Positions 21,506-31,724 of a DNA stretch of 64,000 nt are shown here, one piece after another. A program made the translations under genes and the position numbers. Under the pieces are notes generated by a model. It made no database searches. It was not told the DNA's origin and saw only the letters and a program-made list of their open reading frames with translations. The stretch's first letter is position 1; each line of letters begins with the position of its first letter. This DNA comes from Chloropicon primus (lineage: Eukaryota), in assembly GCA_023205875.1 (NCBI GenBank), contig CP060754.1, forward strand, positions 1-64,000, read 5' to 3'.

Positions 21506-22238
21506 GGTCCCCCCCCAAGGTTGTTGTCTTCCTCCCCTGCTTCTCGGTCGTGTCTTTGTTCCGGACAAGGGAGGGCCGGATGCTTGGTGCAGTTTGTCGC
21601 CCTCTTTGGTAGCGGGGTGTGCGGTGTTCCTGCTGGTTCCTGCTGGTTCGGGCAGTGTGGTGTGGTGTGGTGTTCTTCTTGAGGCCAGGGTGTTTCCGTC
21701 CGTCTTCCATTATATCAAAGAAAAAGACATTATATCAAAGAAAAAGAAGAAAGAAAAGAAAAGAAAATCACTCCTTTTTCTTTTTCTTGTCAAAAGGGGA
21801 GGCCCCCCCAAGGAAAAGGAAAACCAAGGGAAGCGAGCAAAAGCGCAAACGATCTCACAAGATGGAAGGGTCCCTCACGGGAGAGGACAGGACATGGCCA
21901 GCAGGAGGAGGGGAGAACGAGCAAGGGAATGCACGACAAGACAAGACAAGACACGAAAAGGGATCCAAAGGTCGGGTCACGTTTCATCCTCTGGCAAGGA
22001 GGGCGAAAAGCACACGAAAGGCTTCTCCCTTTGGTGCGGCGGTGCCAACACTGGTTGAGAACAAGTCTCCTTCTTCTTTTTTATTTGGTGAGCCCAGCCC
22101 ATGCACACGCGTTCTTGGATTCGAGGTGCGAGGAGCGAGCGACGGACGCGCGCCCGTCGCAGCAGGCAAACAAAAGGGGAACTGCAGGTTACATTATACA
22201 AATCTCTTTCCGTTTCTAAGGCTAACAATACTCAGTTC

Positions 22239-22810
22239 TCACTTCATGGGCACTGTCGGCAAGGCCTTCTTGATCAAGGAGGCCACGGTGTCCGAGGGCT
22301 CCGCTCCCTGGCTGAGCCACTTTTGGATGGACTCGGCGTTGAGGCTCGTCTCCTTCGTCAAGGGGTTGTAGTACCCCAGCTCCTCCAACGCGATGCCTTC
22401 GCGCTTTCTGCGGGAGTCGATGGCCACCAGCCTGTAGAAAGGACGCTTCTTCCTTCCCATGCGCTTGAATCGCAGCTGAGCAGCACGGGAAGGAGATGGG
22501 GTTGTCGTTCGTTCGGAGAAAACAGCAGAGAGAGAGAGAGAGAGACAACAGGTATTATGATGTGAGCCAACACTCCATTCCGTTCCGTTCCGTTCCGTTC
22601 CGTTCCAACAAGAGTCGTCGTCGTCTTGCTTACCTTGACCCTGGAGGTGGTCTCCACCCTCACCGCTCCCGCCACGTCCGCCGCGCACACCGCCCTCGCC
22701 CCTCCGAGCCCCTCTCCTCTGACGCTCGCTCTGAACGCGAGCCCTCCAGCGTTTCTGCAAGTCGTCGTTCCACACGCCGCCGCGCCTCGGTGTTGCGCCA
22801 ACCCAAACAT
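22239..22810 (-). CDS. RPS16: Nucleus-encoded organellar (probably plastid) ribosomal protein S16; intron 22476-22633
   Basis: Splicing gives a transit peptide followed by RVKLRFKRMGRKKRPFYRLVAIDSR...LGYYNP...KWLSQGAEPSDTV. Confidence 0.9.
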
Positions 22811-23269
22811 CCTCTTCCAGTCGAGTCGAGTCGCCCCGTCTTCTCTGCGTCTTGGTGTGTTATGTGTGTTATGTTATGTTTTGTTGTGTTGTTCCTGTTC
22901 CTCAGGCCTGTGGGTACGCCCTCCCTTCCTCTTCCTTCCTTTGTTGTGTCCTGTGTGCCGCCCTTCCTCTGTCGTCGTCGTCGTCGCTTTTCACCCACAA
23001 AGTGGAGGATAAGACGCCTGTGGATAATGTTCAGACCTAAAAAGTGTAAACAAGACGTACACCAATGAGACGAACGCGTCGCAAGAACAGACAGAAGACG
23101 AGGGGCGACGACGACGAGGGACGACGAGGGATGAGGACAACGCGTGCGTGTTGTGATCTTCAACGCACACAACCACCCACACAATAGAATCCATCCATCC
23201 TTTGATCCATTCCTCGTGACGGAGGAAGCTCCTCGAATCAGCAGCAGCAGCAGCATCGAGAGAGAGAAT

Positions 23270-24097
23270 ATGAATATGGAGGAGGACGAGGCGTTGGCCA
23301 AGGCGATAGCGGCCTCGCTGGAGGACCAGAAGGGGCCGGGGGAGGCCTCCGCCGCATCCTCAACCCCACCCGCGCTGTCCCTGGAGGAGAAGGAGGCCCT
23401 CGCCAAGCAGAAGCTCGAGGAGATCAAGCGGAACAAGGAGGAGGAGGAGAGGAAGCTCGACAGGGAGAGAGAGAGGGACAGGGTGAGGTTCGGCAAGGAG
23501 ATGGTGGCCCAGAAGCGCGTGCTGGAGGACCAGGAGAGGCAGAGGCTCGCGGACTTCCGCAAGCGCGAGAAGGAGGAGCAGAAACGGGCGAAGCAGGCCG
23601 TGCTCGAGCAGATCGCCAGGGACAAGGCGGAGAGGCAGAGCGGGGCCAAGAAGGCCGAGCCCGCGGAGTCCTCCGAGGCCCAGCGGCAGGCGGAGGCGAA
23701 GAGGAAGCAGAGGGAGAACGACTCCGTGTTCGGGGTGAAGCCCGTGACGATCCAGAACAACATCAGGGACCTCCTCGTCCAGATCAAGAAGTCTTACCCC
23801 GAGGAAAAGTCCGCGATCTGCTTCAAGACCTTGAACGTCTACTGCAAGAACCTCCTCAGGGTGCCGGCGGAGGCCAAGTTCAGGTCCATCAACAGCGCGA
23901 ACAAGGCCTTCGTGCAGAGGGTGGCTTGCTTGGAGGGGGGCGAGGGGCCCCAGATCCTCGGGCTCGTGGGCTTCGAAATGGACCCGGAGACCCGGGTGTA
24001 CGAGATGAGGGACGAGAAGCTGAGCAAACTGGTCGTGGAGGCGGCGCTCAAGGAGCTGAACAACGCCATGACCAACCCATTCTTTGGGTCCCTGTGA
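23270..24097 (+). CDS. UIM + coiled coil + PUB domain protein (p97/CDC48 adaptor-like)
   Basis: UIM-like EEDEALAKAIAASLED; PUB-like FKTLNVYCKNLLRVPAEAKFRSINSANKAFVQRV...LVGF. Confidence 0.8.
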   Translation: MNMEEDEALAKAIAASLEDQKGPGEASAASSTPPALSLEEKEALAKQKLEEIKRNKEEEERKLDRERERDRVRFGKEMVAQKRVLEDQERQRLADFRKREKEEQKRAKQAVLEQIARDKAERQSGAKKAEPAESSEAQRQAEAKRKQRENDSVFGVKPVTIQNNIRDLLVQIKKSYPEEKSAICFKTLNVYCKNLLRVPAEAKFRSINSANKAFVQRVACLEGGEGPQILGLVGFEMDPETRVYEMRDEKLSKLVVEAALKELNNAMTNPFFGSL

Positions 24098-24174
24098 CAA
24101 CTAGCGAACTAGCGAACCTATCTATCTACCCTTAAGGGTATCTATAACATTTTGTACACAGCAGCAGGAGCCCC

Positions 24175-25758
24175 TTACGCGACTTTTTTTGTCTCCGTCT
24201 CGGATGATGATCCAGCGTCCAGCCGAGCTCTGGTGAGCTCGTACTTGAGCGACAGCATGCCGAAGAAAAACTCGGACACGCGCTTTTCGTACTCGTCCTG
24301 CTGGCCCCTCAGCAACTCGTGGAGCGCGTGGTTCACCTGCTCCAACGACTCCACCTCGGTCTTCCACAACTCGGAGTCCAGCTGAGCGGCAAACCCGCCG
24401 GCCTCCTGGGCCAGGACGCCGATGGGAGCCTCCAGGCCACCCGCATCGTCGTCGAGCACTCCTCCATCCCCCTCGGCGCTCTCCGACTCCTGGGACCGCC
24501 GCCCCTGGGCCTTGAGCCGCTCGTACACGAAGTCGGTCTTGGACTGCAAGTCGGCCAGAAGCTCCTTTTGACCCTCGAATTCCGCGCCGATGTACCTCCG
24601 GCACTCCTCCTCGTGCTGCCTCTGCATCTCGTCGACAACCGCACGCACGCTTTCAGCGCCCCGTCCTTGCACTCCCGCGTCCACCGGGGCCACTGAAGAC
24701 GCTTCGGCCGGCGCACCATTGCGGGAGGCGCTTGGCTGGTCGTCCTCCGCCTCGAAGACCCGAGCCTGGAGGCGGTGGACCTCCTCCTCCCGCTCTTTCA
24801 GCCTCCTCGCCGCCTCCTCCGCCTCCCTCTCGAGCTTCCTCTTCGTGCCCTCGAGGTCTTGGATTTGGAACCTCATTTTGCCTATCTCCTCCCGAGCGTA
24901 AGACAGCTGCTCCTTGTTCTCCAACTGCTGGTTCTCGTGGAGCTCCTTGGCGGCCTCGAGCTTACGGCTCAGACGGTCCACCGCTTCCTCGTCGCGACCG
25001 CGCTCCGCCCCGTTGCCCGCCCCGTTGCTTGCGGCTTCTAGCATGTCGCCGACGTCGATGTTCAAACCCGGGGGCGAGGGCGTGCGGGGCGAGGCTTCCC
25101 CTCCCCCTCGGGCCGCCCCCTCCCTCGCCAGCGGTCTCCGCGGGTTCAACACTCTGGTGCCCACTGCCGCGGTCAGCACGGCCACGACGGCGGCCAGAAA
25201 GAACTGCAGGGCGACCGGAAGCGCGGCGCGCGGCGCAGGGGAGGGGAGGGGCGCGGAAGCTTCCCCCGTGGCGGTGACGGCCAGCGGAGTCTCCCCTCGC
25301 ATCACCCCCGAACCCTCACCGCCAGCGCCCGCGACGAGCTCCACCCCTCCTCCCTTCTCCCTCCCCCCGATGATCTTCGAGCTCGACCTCACCCTCGGTA
25401 TCCTCGGCCTCCCCCTCCTCCTCCTCGCCCCACCCTTTGCCGCGCCGGAGGTCCTCCCTGGTCGAGACCCCCTCGCTGCCTCGAGGGCCTCCACCGCGGC
25501 CGCCCTCTGCTGGTCCTCCGCCGCTCTGTCCCTCCCGAGGACCCCCTCCCTCTCCACCTCCGTCGACTTGCTCCTCACGGACACCGTGGGCACCACGAAG
25601 TCCTCTCCCCCCTCCTCCACCGCTCGTCCTCGTCCTCGTAACCCCCTCCCCCCTCGTCCTTCCCCTCTTCCTTTTCCTCTTGGTGTTCCTCGTGTTTTCC
25701 CCCGCGCCTCGTGCGTCCCCCGTTTCCCCCCCCTCCCTACGGTGTTTGTTCCCCTCAT
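24175..25758 (-). CDS. Hypothetical membrane-anchored coiled-coil protein, possibly organelle-targeted
   Basis: R/G-rich N-terminus, single TM (LQFFLAAVVAVLTAAVG) and coiled-coil C-terminus. Start uncertain. Confidence 0.55.
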   Translation of the reverse strand: MRGTNTVGRGGKRGTHEARGKTRGTPRGKGRGEGRGGRGLRGRGRAVEEGGEDFVVPTVSVRSKSTEVEREGVLGRDRAAEDQQRAAAVEALEAARGSRPGRTSGAAKGGARRRRGRPRIPRVRSSSKIIGGREKGGGVELVAGAGGEGSGVMRGETPLAVTATGEASAPLPSPAPRAALPVALQFFLAAVVAVLTAAVGTRVLNPRRPLAREGAARGGGEASPRTPSPPGLNIDVGDMLEAASNGAGNGAERGRDEEAVDRLSRKLEAAKELHENQQLENKEQLSYAREEIGKMRFQIQDLEGTKRKLEREAEEAARRLKEREEEVHRLQARVFEAEDDQPSASRNGAPAEASSVAPVDAGVQGRGAESVRAVVDEMQRQHEEECRRYIGAEFEGQKELLADLQSKTDFVYERLKAQGRRSQESESAEGDGGVLDDDAGGLEAPIGVLAQEAGGFAAQLDSELWKTEVESLEQVNHALHELLRGQQDEYEKRVSEFFFGMLSLKYELTRARLDAGSSSETETKKVA

Positions 25759-26031
25759 GGCGTCTGTCTCGGTCCTCCACCTCTCCCTCTCCCTCTCCCT
25801 CTCCTCCTCCTTCCCTCCCCTCACCCTCACGCCTCCCCCGGCTGTCTCTCTTGGCGCGCTGCGTTTTGGATCAGGCCACGAACGTGCGCTTTTTGGATCA
25901 GAGAGACGGCGTGGAGGGACAGGACAGGGACAACAACACAACAACACGACAACACGAGGACGAGGAGGACGAGGGGGACGAGCCACAAGAGAACATCAAG
26001 ACACTGAGCAAGGAAAACAAGAACAACACGC

Positions 26032-26063
<32 letters not shown>

Positions 26064-26085
26064 AGAGAGGGACACCAGGAACAGA

Positions 26086-26133
26086 ATGAGGATGAGGATG
26101 AGGATGAGGATGAGGATGAGGATGAGGATGAGG
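26086..26133 (+). repeat. (ATGAGG)8 microsatellite forming the miaB start region
   Basis: Read directly; encodes (MR)8. Confidence 0.9.
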
Positions 26134-27636
26134 AGGGCTTGGGGAGGGGGGACCAGGGTCGTGAGGAGGAGGGCGGCAACGTCCGAGACGAGAAGCCCGC
26201 TCGGGGACCAGGGCGTGGACGAGTCCATGTTTTGCGGAAAGGAAGGGGTGGTGTACGACAAGGCGTCCTCGGGAGACCAGGAGGGGAGGCCCAGCAAGGG
26301 AAAGTACCACATCCACACCTTCGGGTGCCAGATGAACATGGCAGACTCGGAGCGCATGGCCGGAACCCTCGAGAAGATGGGTTACACAAACTCCACGGAC
26401 CCCGCCGAGGCGAACGTCTTGGTGTACAACACGTGCTCGATTCGCGAGAAGGCCGAGGTAAAAGTCTACAGCGCGCTGGGCGAGCAGGCCAAGAGGAAGC
26501 ACAGGGAGGGGCAGGACCTCAAGGTTGTGGTGGCGGGCTGCGTCGCGACCCAGGAGGGCGAGCAGCTGCTCAGAAGGGTCCCGGAGGTCGACCTTGTCAT
26601 GGGGCCGCACCACGCGAACCGGATCGACGAGCTCCTCGAGCAGGTCGACCTCGGCGGCTCCCAGGTCTGCGCGGTGGACGAGATCCACATCACCGAGGAC
26701 GTCGCCACCCCCAGGAGGGACTCGGACATCACGGCGTGGGTGAACGTGATCTATGGCTGTAACGAGTGCTGCACGTACTGCGTCGTGCCGTCCACCAGAG
26801 GAAAGGAGCAGAGCAGGGACCCCGACGCCATCAGGAACGAGATCTTGTCCTTGGGCGAGGCGGGCTACAAGGAGGTGACCCTCCTCGGGCAGAATATCGA
26901 CGCGTATGGGAGGGATCTGCCTGGCTTCGCTTCGGACGGCTCGGGGAGGAGGCTGTGGACCTTCTCCGACTTGCTGAGGAAGGTGAGCGGGTGCCCGGGA
27001 ATAGAGAGGATCAGGTTCGCGACGTCTCACCCGAGGTACTTCACCCGAAGGCTCGTCGACACTTTGGCCGAGCTGCCCGAGGTCTGCGAGTACTTTCACA
27101 TCCCGTTCCAGAGCGGCAACGACGAGATATTAAAGCAGATGAAGCGGGGATACGACATGAGGAGGTACCTGGGCATCATCGACTACATCAAGGAGCTCAT
27201 GCCGAACGCGAGCCTGAGCGCGGACGTCATCGTGGGGTTCCCGGGCGAGACGGAGGAGCAGTTCCAGGACACGATGGACATCGTGAAGAGGTGTGGGTTC
27301 GACAGAGTTTTCACCGCGGCGTACAGCCCTCGGCCAAACACCCCCGCGGCCACGTGGGACAACCAGGTGGCCGACCTCATCAAGCAGGACAGGCTCAACA
27401 GGCTTAACAGGCTCTGCACGGAGATTGCCGGCGAGGTCTCCCAGAGGTTCGTCGGGACCCAGCAGGAGGTTCTGGTCGAGGGCCTCAACCCCAAAAAGCC
27501 GGACCAGGTGATGGGCAGGACGCAGCACAACAAGATCGCTTTCTTCCCCGGGAGCCTCGAGGAGACGAGGGGGACGCTCGTCAAGGTCAGGGTGAACTCG
27601 GCGACGGCGTCTTGCCTGCACTGCGAGGCCCTCTAA
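26086..27636 (+). CDS. miaB: tRNA methylthiotransferase MiaB (radical SAM), organelle-targeted
   Basis: [18 protein letters not shown], CxxxCxxC (GCNECCTYC), [21 protein letters not shown] and a C-terminal TRAM domain. Confidence 0.93.
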   Translation: MRMRMRMRMRMRMRMRRAWGGGTRVVRRRAATSETRSPLGDQGVDESMFCGKEGVVYDKASSGDQEGRPSKGKYHIHTFGCQMNMADSERMAGTLEKMGYTNSTDPAEANVLVYNTCSIREKAEVKVYSALGEQAKRKHREGQDLKVVVAGCVATQEGEQLLRRVPEVDLVMGPHHANRIDELLEQVDLGGSQVCAVDEIHITEDVATPRRDSDITAWVNVIYGCNECCTYCVVPSTRGKEQSRDPDAIRNEILSLGEAGYKEVTLLGQNIDAYGRDLPGFASDGSGRRLWTFSDLLRKVSGCPGIERIRFATSHPRYFTRRLVDTLAELPEVCEYFHIPFQSGNDEILKQMKRGYDMRRYLGIIDYIKELMPNASLSADVIVGFPGETEEQFQDTMDIVKRCGFDRVFTAAYSPRPNTPAATWDNQVADLIKQDRLNRLNRLCTEIAGEVSQRFVGTQQEVLVEGLNPKKPDQVMGRTQHNKIAFFPGSLEETRGTLVKVRVNSATASCLHCEAL

Positions 27637-27658
27637 AAGGATTCTGGTTACATTGAAA

Positions 27659-27785
27659 CCGTTAGTTTTGTGCAAAGATCGTTTCACTTTGAGTTTCTCG
27701 AAATGACCATTCCGCCCTTAGCAAGCAAGCAAGCTCGCGAGCAAGGGCAGCTCGTACTAACAAACGCGTGTGCAACCCTGAGGAG
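27659..27785 (-). ncRNA. Candidate omega-RNA (reRNA) scaffold
   Basis: Directly 3' of the TnpB/Fanzor stop codon. Two hand-folded hairpins (27712-27750, 27684-27706) and a 6-bp long-range pairing (27756-27761 with 27661-27666). Confidence 0.45.
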
Positions 27786-27956
27786 TTACACATTTTTTGG
27801 TTCATACAAGTGCTTGAGAAGGATGTTGCGTGCCCCGTTCGCATCCCGATCGCACTTGAAGCCACACTCCTGGCACTTGTAAACCTTTGCTCCACCCAGG
27901 TTCTTCTTGATGTGTCCGCACCTGCCACAGGTCTTGGAGGTGTACTCCTCCGTCAC
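27786..27956 (-). pseudogene. C-terminal fragment of a TnpB/Fanzor nuclease (zinc finger + RuvC-III)
   Basis: VTEEYTSKTCGRCGHIKKNLGGAKVYKCQECGFKCDRDANGARNILLK matches the TnpB pattern xTSxxCxxCG...CxxCG...DRDxNA/GAxNI. RuvC-I/II and the N-terminal lobes are absent. Confidence 0.85.
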
Positions 27957-28044
27957 GCTACGATTTTTTTCGCGGTAGTTTTGAATTGGGCACAATACGA
28001 CAGAAGGGGGAGCGCCAGAGAGAGAGTGTGTGCGTGTGAGGATT

Positions 28045-28827
28045 TTAGCGCAGCAAGAGGTCCCACTCGCCCACGACCAAGGGCGATCCGTACCACGGCC
28101 GAAGGTTGGAGGGCCCGTGGCCGACGTCGCGCACGACCAAGGACTCGCTGCACCCGGGCAAAATCGCAGACTCCACCGGGCAGACCCCGTCCCCGTCCAC
28201 GCCTTCATACGCTCGGCAAGTCGACTTGTAGGACGCTTGAGTCAGCCAGTCGCCCTCGCTTCCGTCCACCGCGCTTCCCGCCACGCAGACGACCTCGCAC
28301 CCCTGGGCCAGCAGCTTGGGGGCGCCGGCGAACTCGTTCGCGAACTGCAGGCTACTGGACCTCGCCGATTTACTCATCGCCAGGCCCTCCTCCCCCCGCC
28401 TCGACTCCTTCACCCTACCGAACGGATACTCTTCGACACTCAGGTGTGGCGTGCCGAGGGTGAGGAGGGTTTCGACGCTGTTGTTGTTATACCTCTTCCC
28501 GTTGTAGGTCTCTCCGCTCAGCCAGATGCGGCTCAGCCAGCCCCCCGCGCTGTGACCCACCACGCTCAGGACGCTGGAGTCCTCGAGGAGATCCGCGGCG
28601 AGTCCCTCCATCCGGTCGAGGTACCAGCCGAAGGGCTCGCCGAGCAGGAGCGATGGCAGCCAGTCCCAGGACTTGACCGGGAGGACCTCGACCCGGGGGT
28701 GTCCTAATTTCAGGAGCTCGCGCCTCATGTCCTCATACCTCTTGCTTGAGAACAGCAGCCCTGGGCACAGGAGGACGTTCGACCGAGAGGCCGAGGACCG
28801 AGATCGACCCCTCCCAGGCCTTCGCAT
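28045..28827 (-). CDS. Alpha/beta hydrolase (PGAP1/lipase-like)
   Basis: Nucleophile elbow VVGHSAGGW, LLTLGTPH, GDGVCP and a His near the C-terminus. Start uncertain. Confidence 0.8.
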   Translation of the reverse strand: MRRPGRGRSRSSASRSNVLLCPGLLFSSKRYEDMRRELLKLGHPRVEVLPVKSWDWLPSLLLGEPFGWYLDRMEGLAADLLEDSSVLSVVGHSAGGWLSRIWLSGETYNGKRYNNNSVETLLTLGTPHLSVEEYPFGRVKESRRGEEGLAMSKSARSSSLQFANEFAGAPKLLAQGCEVVCVAGSAVDGSEGDWLTQASYKSTCRAYEGVDGDGVCPVESAILPGCSESLVVRDVGHGPSNLRPWYGSPLVVGEWDLLLR

Positions 28828-29175
28828 CCGGAGAGAGCGAGAGCGAGAGCGAGAGCGTGTGTGTATGTCGGCAGCGCCTCTGTTGAGTCTGTCTGTTGGT
28901 TTTTTTAGGTGTAAAGTAAGGATAAGAAGCGAAGATCTTGGCGAAGATCTCATTGGCTAGAGAACAGAGGGAGAACAGAGGGAGAACAGACAAGAGCGAG
29001 CTCTCCGGGACCTGGACTGCACTTGAAGCAAAGGAACGAACACAACACAAACACACACATAAAACAACATCAAACACACACAGGTACGATAACACGATAA
29101 CACGCCACGGGAACCACCAACAGGAACAAACACTCCACTCGGGAACAAACACAAAACACACAACATCTCTCTCTG

Positions 29176-29207
<32 letters not shown>

Positions 29208-29344
29208 GGGGGGGGATCACAAGACAGACAACCCCGAGAGGAAGGACGGACGGACTGACGCGGAACATCCCTCTCTCTCTCTCTCTCTTGCTCTCTCTAT
29301 CTGGTCGACAATCCCAACATAACCACCCGAACCCAAATCAGATC

Positions 29345-30031
29345 ATGCAGTCGTTGACGAGAGCGAGCACTTTGACGAGGGGCGTGAGCAAGACGTCGTC
29401 CGTCCGCGGGCAGAGCGTCGTGCGCAGGGCCAAGGCGGGGAACTGGTACCCCGGCGGGGACAGCCCGGCGCACCTCGACGGCAGCCTGCCTGGGGACTAC
29501 GGCTTCGACCCCGCGGGCTTGGGCAAGAGCCCAGGGAACCTCTCCAGGTTCAGGGAGGCGGAGGTCCTCCACGGAAGGTGGGCCATGCTCGGCGCCGTCG
29601 GGTGCATCGTGGTCGAGGCCTCCGGGAACGGGAACTGGCTGCAGGCCCCGCAGTGGGCCATCGACGGAAGCGACCCCTCCTGGCTGGGCCAGTCCTTCCC
29701 CTTCGCCCTTCCCGCCGTCCTCGGGATCCAGTTCGTTCTCATGGCCGGGGCAGAGATCAAGCGTAACGAGGAGTCCGACCCAATCAAGAGGATCTACCCC
29801 GGGGGGAGCTTCGACCCGCTGGGCTACGCCGAGAAGAACGGCGCCTCCGGGTTCGAGGAGCTCAAGCTCAAGGAGATCAAGAACGGGAGACTCGCCATGT
29901 TCGCTATGGCCGGGTTCTACGCCCAGGGGCTCGCGACCGGAAGCGGCCCGCTGGCGGACCTCAGCGCCCACCTGGCCAGCCCATTCGGCACCAACATCGC
30001 TACCAACGGGGTCTCCGTGCCAATCTACTAG
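29345..30031 (+). CDS. LHCA1: Light-harvesting chlorophyll a/b-binding protein of PSI (Lhca1 type)
   Basis: KAGNWYPG..LDGSLPGDYGFDP, EAEVLHGRWAMLG, YPGGSFDPLG, LKEIKNGRLAM. Confidence 0.9.
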   Translation: MQSLTRASTLTRGVSKTSSVRGQSVVRRAKAGNWYPGGDSPAHLDGSLPGDYGFDPAGLGKSPGNLSRFREAEVLHGRWAMLGAVGCIVVEASGNGNWLQAPQWAIDGSDPSWLGQSFPFALPAVLGIQFVLMAGAEIKRNEESDPIKRIYPGGSFDPLGYAEKNGASGFEELKLKEIKNGRLAMFAMAGFYAQGLATGSGPLADLSAHLASPFGTNIATNGVSVPIY

Positions 30032-30197
30032 AGGAGGCAGGGTATTGGAGCGTCGCGTCCTCTCAGGAGAGGTAGAAAGATAATGGGAGAGAAAGAAAAA
30101 AAATATGGAAATTATTTGAACAAAAAAAGAAACAAGTTTCGTTCTTTGAAAAGTTGGAGGATGTCGGTCGCCCTTTGCCCCACCCTCCTCGCTCTTT

Positions 30198-31454
30198 TCA
30201 CTCCAGGACCCTGGCGAGCTCGTTGTAGTACGTCGCGAAATCCCTGTCGTGGTCCTGCAGAGCCTTCTGGACGACGCCGGCGTGGTCCGCGGGGACGAAG
30301 ATGGTCACGGCCCTGTGGCCGATGTCCGCGTGCTCCTTCTCGCCGAGGGCGTGCACCTCCAAAAACTCCCAGTCGATCTTCCGGCCTTGCTCCTCGAGGC
30401 GCAGGTCCCTGCTCAACCCCTGAAAGCTGTCCAGCAACCAGGTCTTCTCCGGGTTCGCAAGGTACTCCACCGCCAAGTTGTACCCGAGGGCGTAGCTCGC
30501 CTGCTCCAAGGGCTGGCTGAAGGCTCCGCCGCCCGTGGAGACGTCCCGCATCATCTGGGCGAAGAGGAGCTGCCCGGCGCGAGGCTTGAGATCGCCCGTG
30601 CTGCCCGACCTCTTCAAGATCCTCGAGAGGGGGTTCCCCGTGACGGAGGTGTACCAATCGGAGAACAAGGCGCGGTGGGTCTTGCCAAGCCTGTCGCCCT
30701 CGTGCAAGCCGTACTCCCCGGCGAGGGGCTGAATCAAGTTCTGAAGGCAGTCGTCCCTCGCCACGTAACTTTGTGTCGAGAGAGAGAGAGAGAGGGAGGG
30801 AGACGCTTGCGATGTCAGATTCTGAAGGAAGGCGATGCAACCCTTGGGCGTCTCCACTTACTCACTGCTTCCGACGGTGCACTGCACCTTGAGCATGCAC
30901 GCCGTGAAGACAGGGTTGAACGTCTCGAGGTTGTACGCCATCTCGGCCCAAACGGGCTCGAGAGCCCGCTCCCAGTTCGGGTTCGCAGAGAGGCGGTCGA
31001 GCGCGTCGTTGAAGCGACGCAGGGCCTTGACGCCCTCGCCCGAGTCCAGCACGTCAAACTTTTTATTGGTGTGGGGGGGAATCAGAGGAAAGGCGCGCGC
31101 GTCAGTGACACTCCGGCACACACTCCACTTCACTCACTCACTCACCTCCAGTTTGCACAGCGTTTCCTCGCCAATCTTTTCTTGGTCCGCGTGCTCACAT
31201 TCCGTCGACACGGGCTCCATGACGGGCCACTTCCACCCCTCGACCCCGTCGAACTTCTCGGGCCTCTTCGCTATCGCTCGCAGGACCTGCTTCGACCCCC
31301 TCCTCCCGCAGGATGTCGTCCCCGAGGGGTATAGGTGTTGGTGTTGTTGGTGTTGGTGTTGGTGTTGGTGTTTTCCCCCATTTCCCCTTCCTTTGTCGGT
31401 TTTCAGGTTCACCTCCCTCGCCTTGGTCCTCGACCTCGCCACACAGTGCTTCAT
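30198..31454 (-). CDS. Heme-oxygenase-like diiron (PqqC/CADD-like) protein; introns 30769-30861 and 31059-31145
   Basis: Three exons splice in frame. GEYG...KTHRALF, YNLAVEYLA and FLEVHALGEKEHA give the E/H ligand pattern of the HDO fold. Confidence 0.6.
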
Positions 31455-31724
31455 CCTCCCCTGTCAACAGTCCCTCTCTCCTCTCTCTCTCTCCTCCCCG
31501 CCCTCAGCCTTATCCACAGGGTCACTTTATCGTCGTCGGGAATATCTTGCTGCTCGCGCGGCGACCAAGGGGGGGCGACGAGGAGGGGACCACCAGGGGG
31601 AGGGGTGGTGTATGGAGAATATCTTGCGAACAGGGGCGGGAGAGAGAGGGGAGGTTGGAGGGGAGTACTTGTACTTGAAGAGAGAGGGAGGTGGGGTGTG
31701 GGGTGTTGTGGGTTGTGTGTGAAT

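Larger units (their letters stand above)
27659..27990 (-). mobile_element. Truncated or non-autonomous TnpB/Fanzor-carrying element relic (IS607/IS200-IS605-derived)
   Basis: Lower-GC intergenic segment carrying a TnpB/Fanzor C-terminus plus a structured downstream region. Both ends are inferred. Confidence 0.6.

Noticed and set aside
27957..28208. N-terminal part of the 140-aa ORF 27786-28208 as a real fusion to the zinc finger
   Set aside because: It overlaps the hydrolase CDS in another frame and its 3' UTR microsatellite; only the last ~56 aa are TnpB-like.
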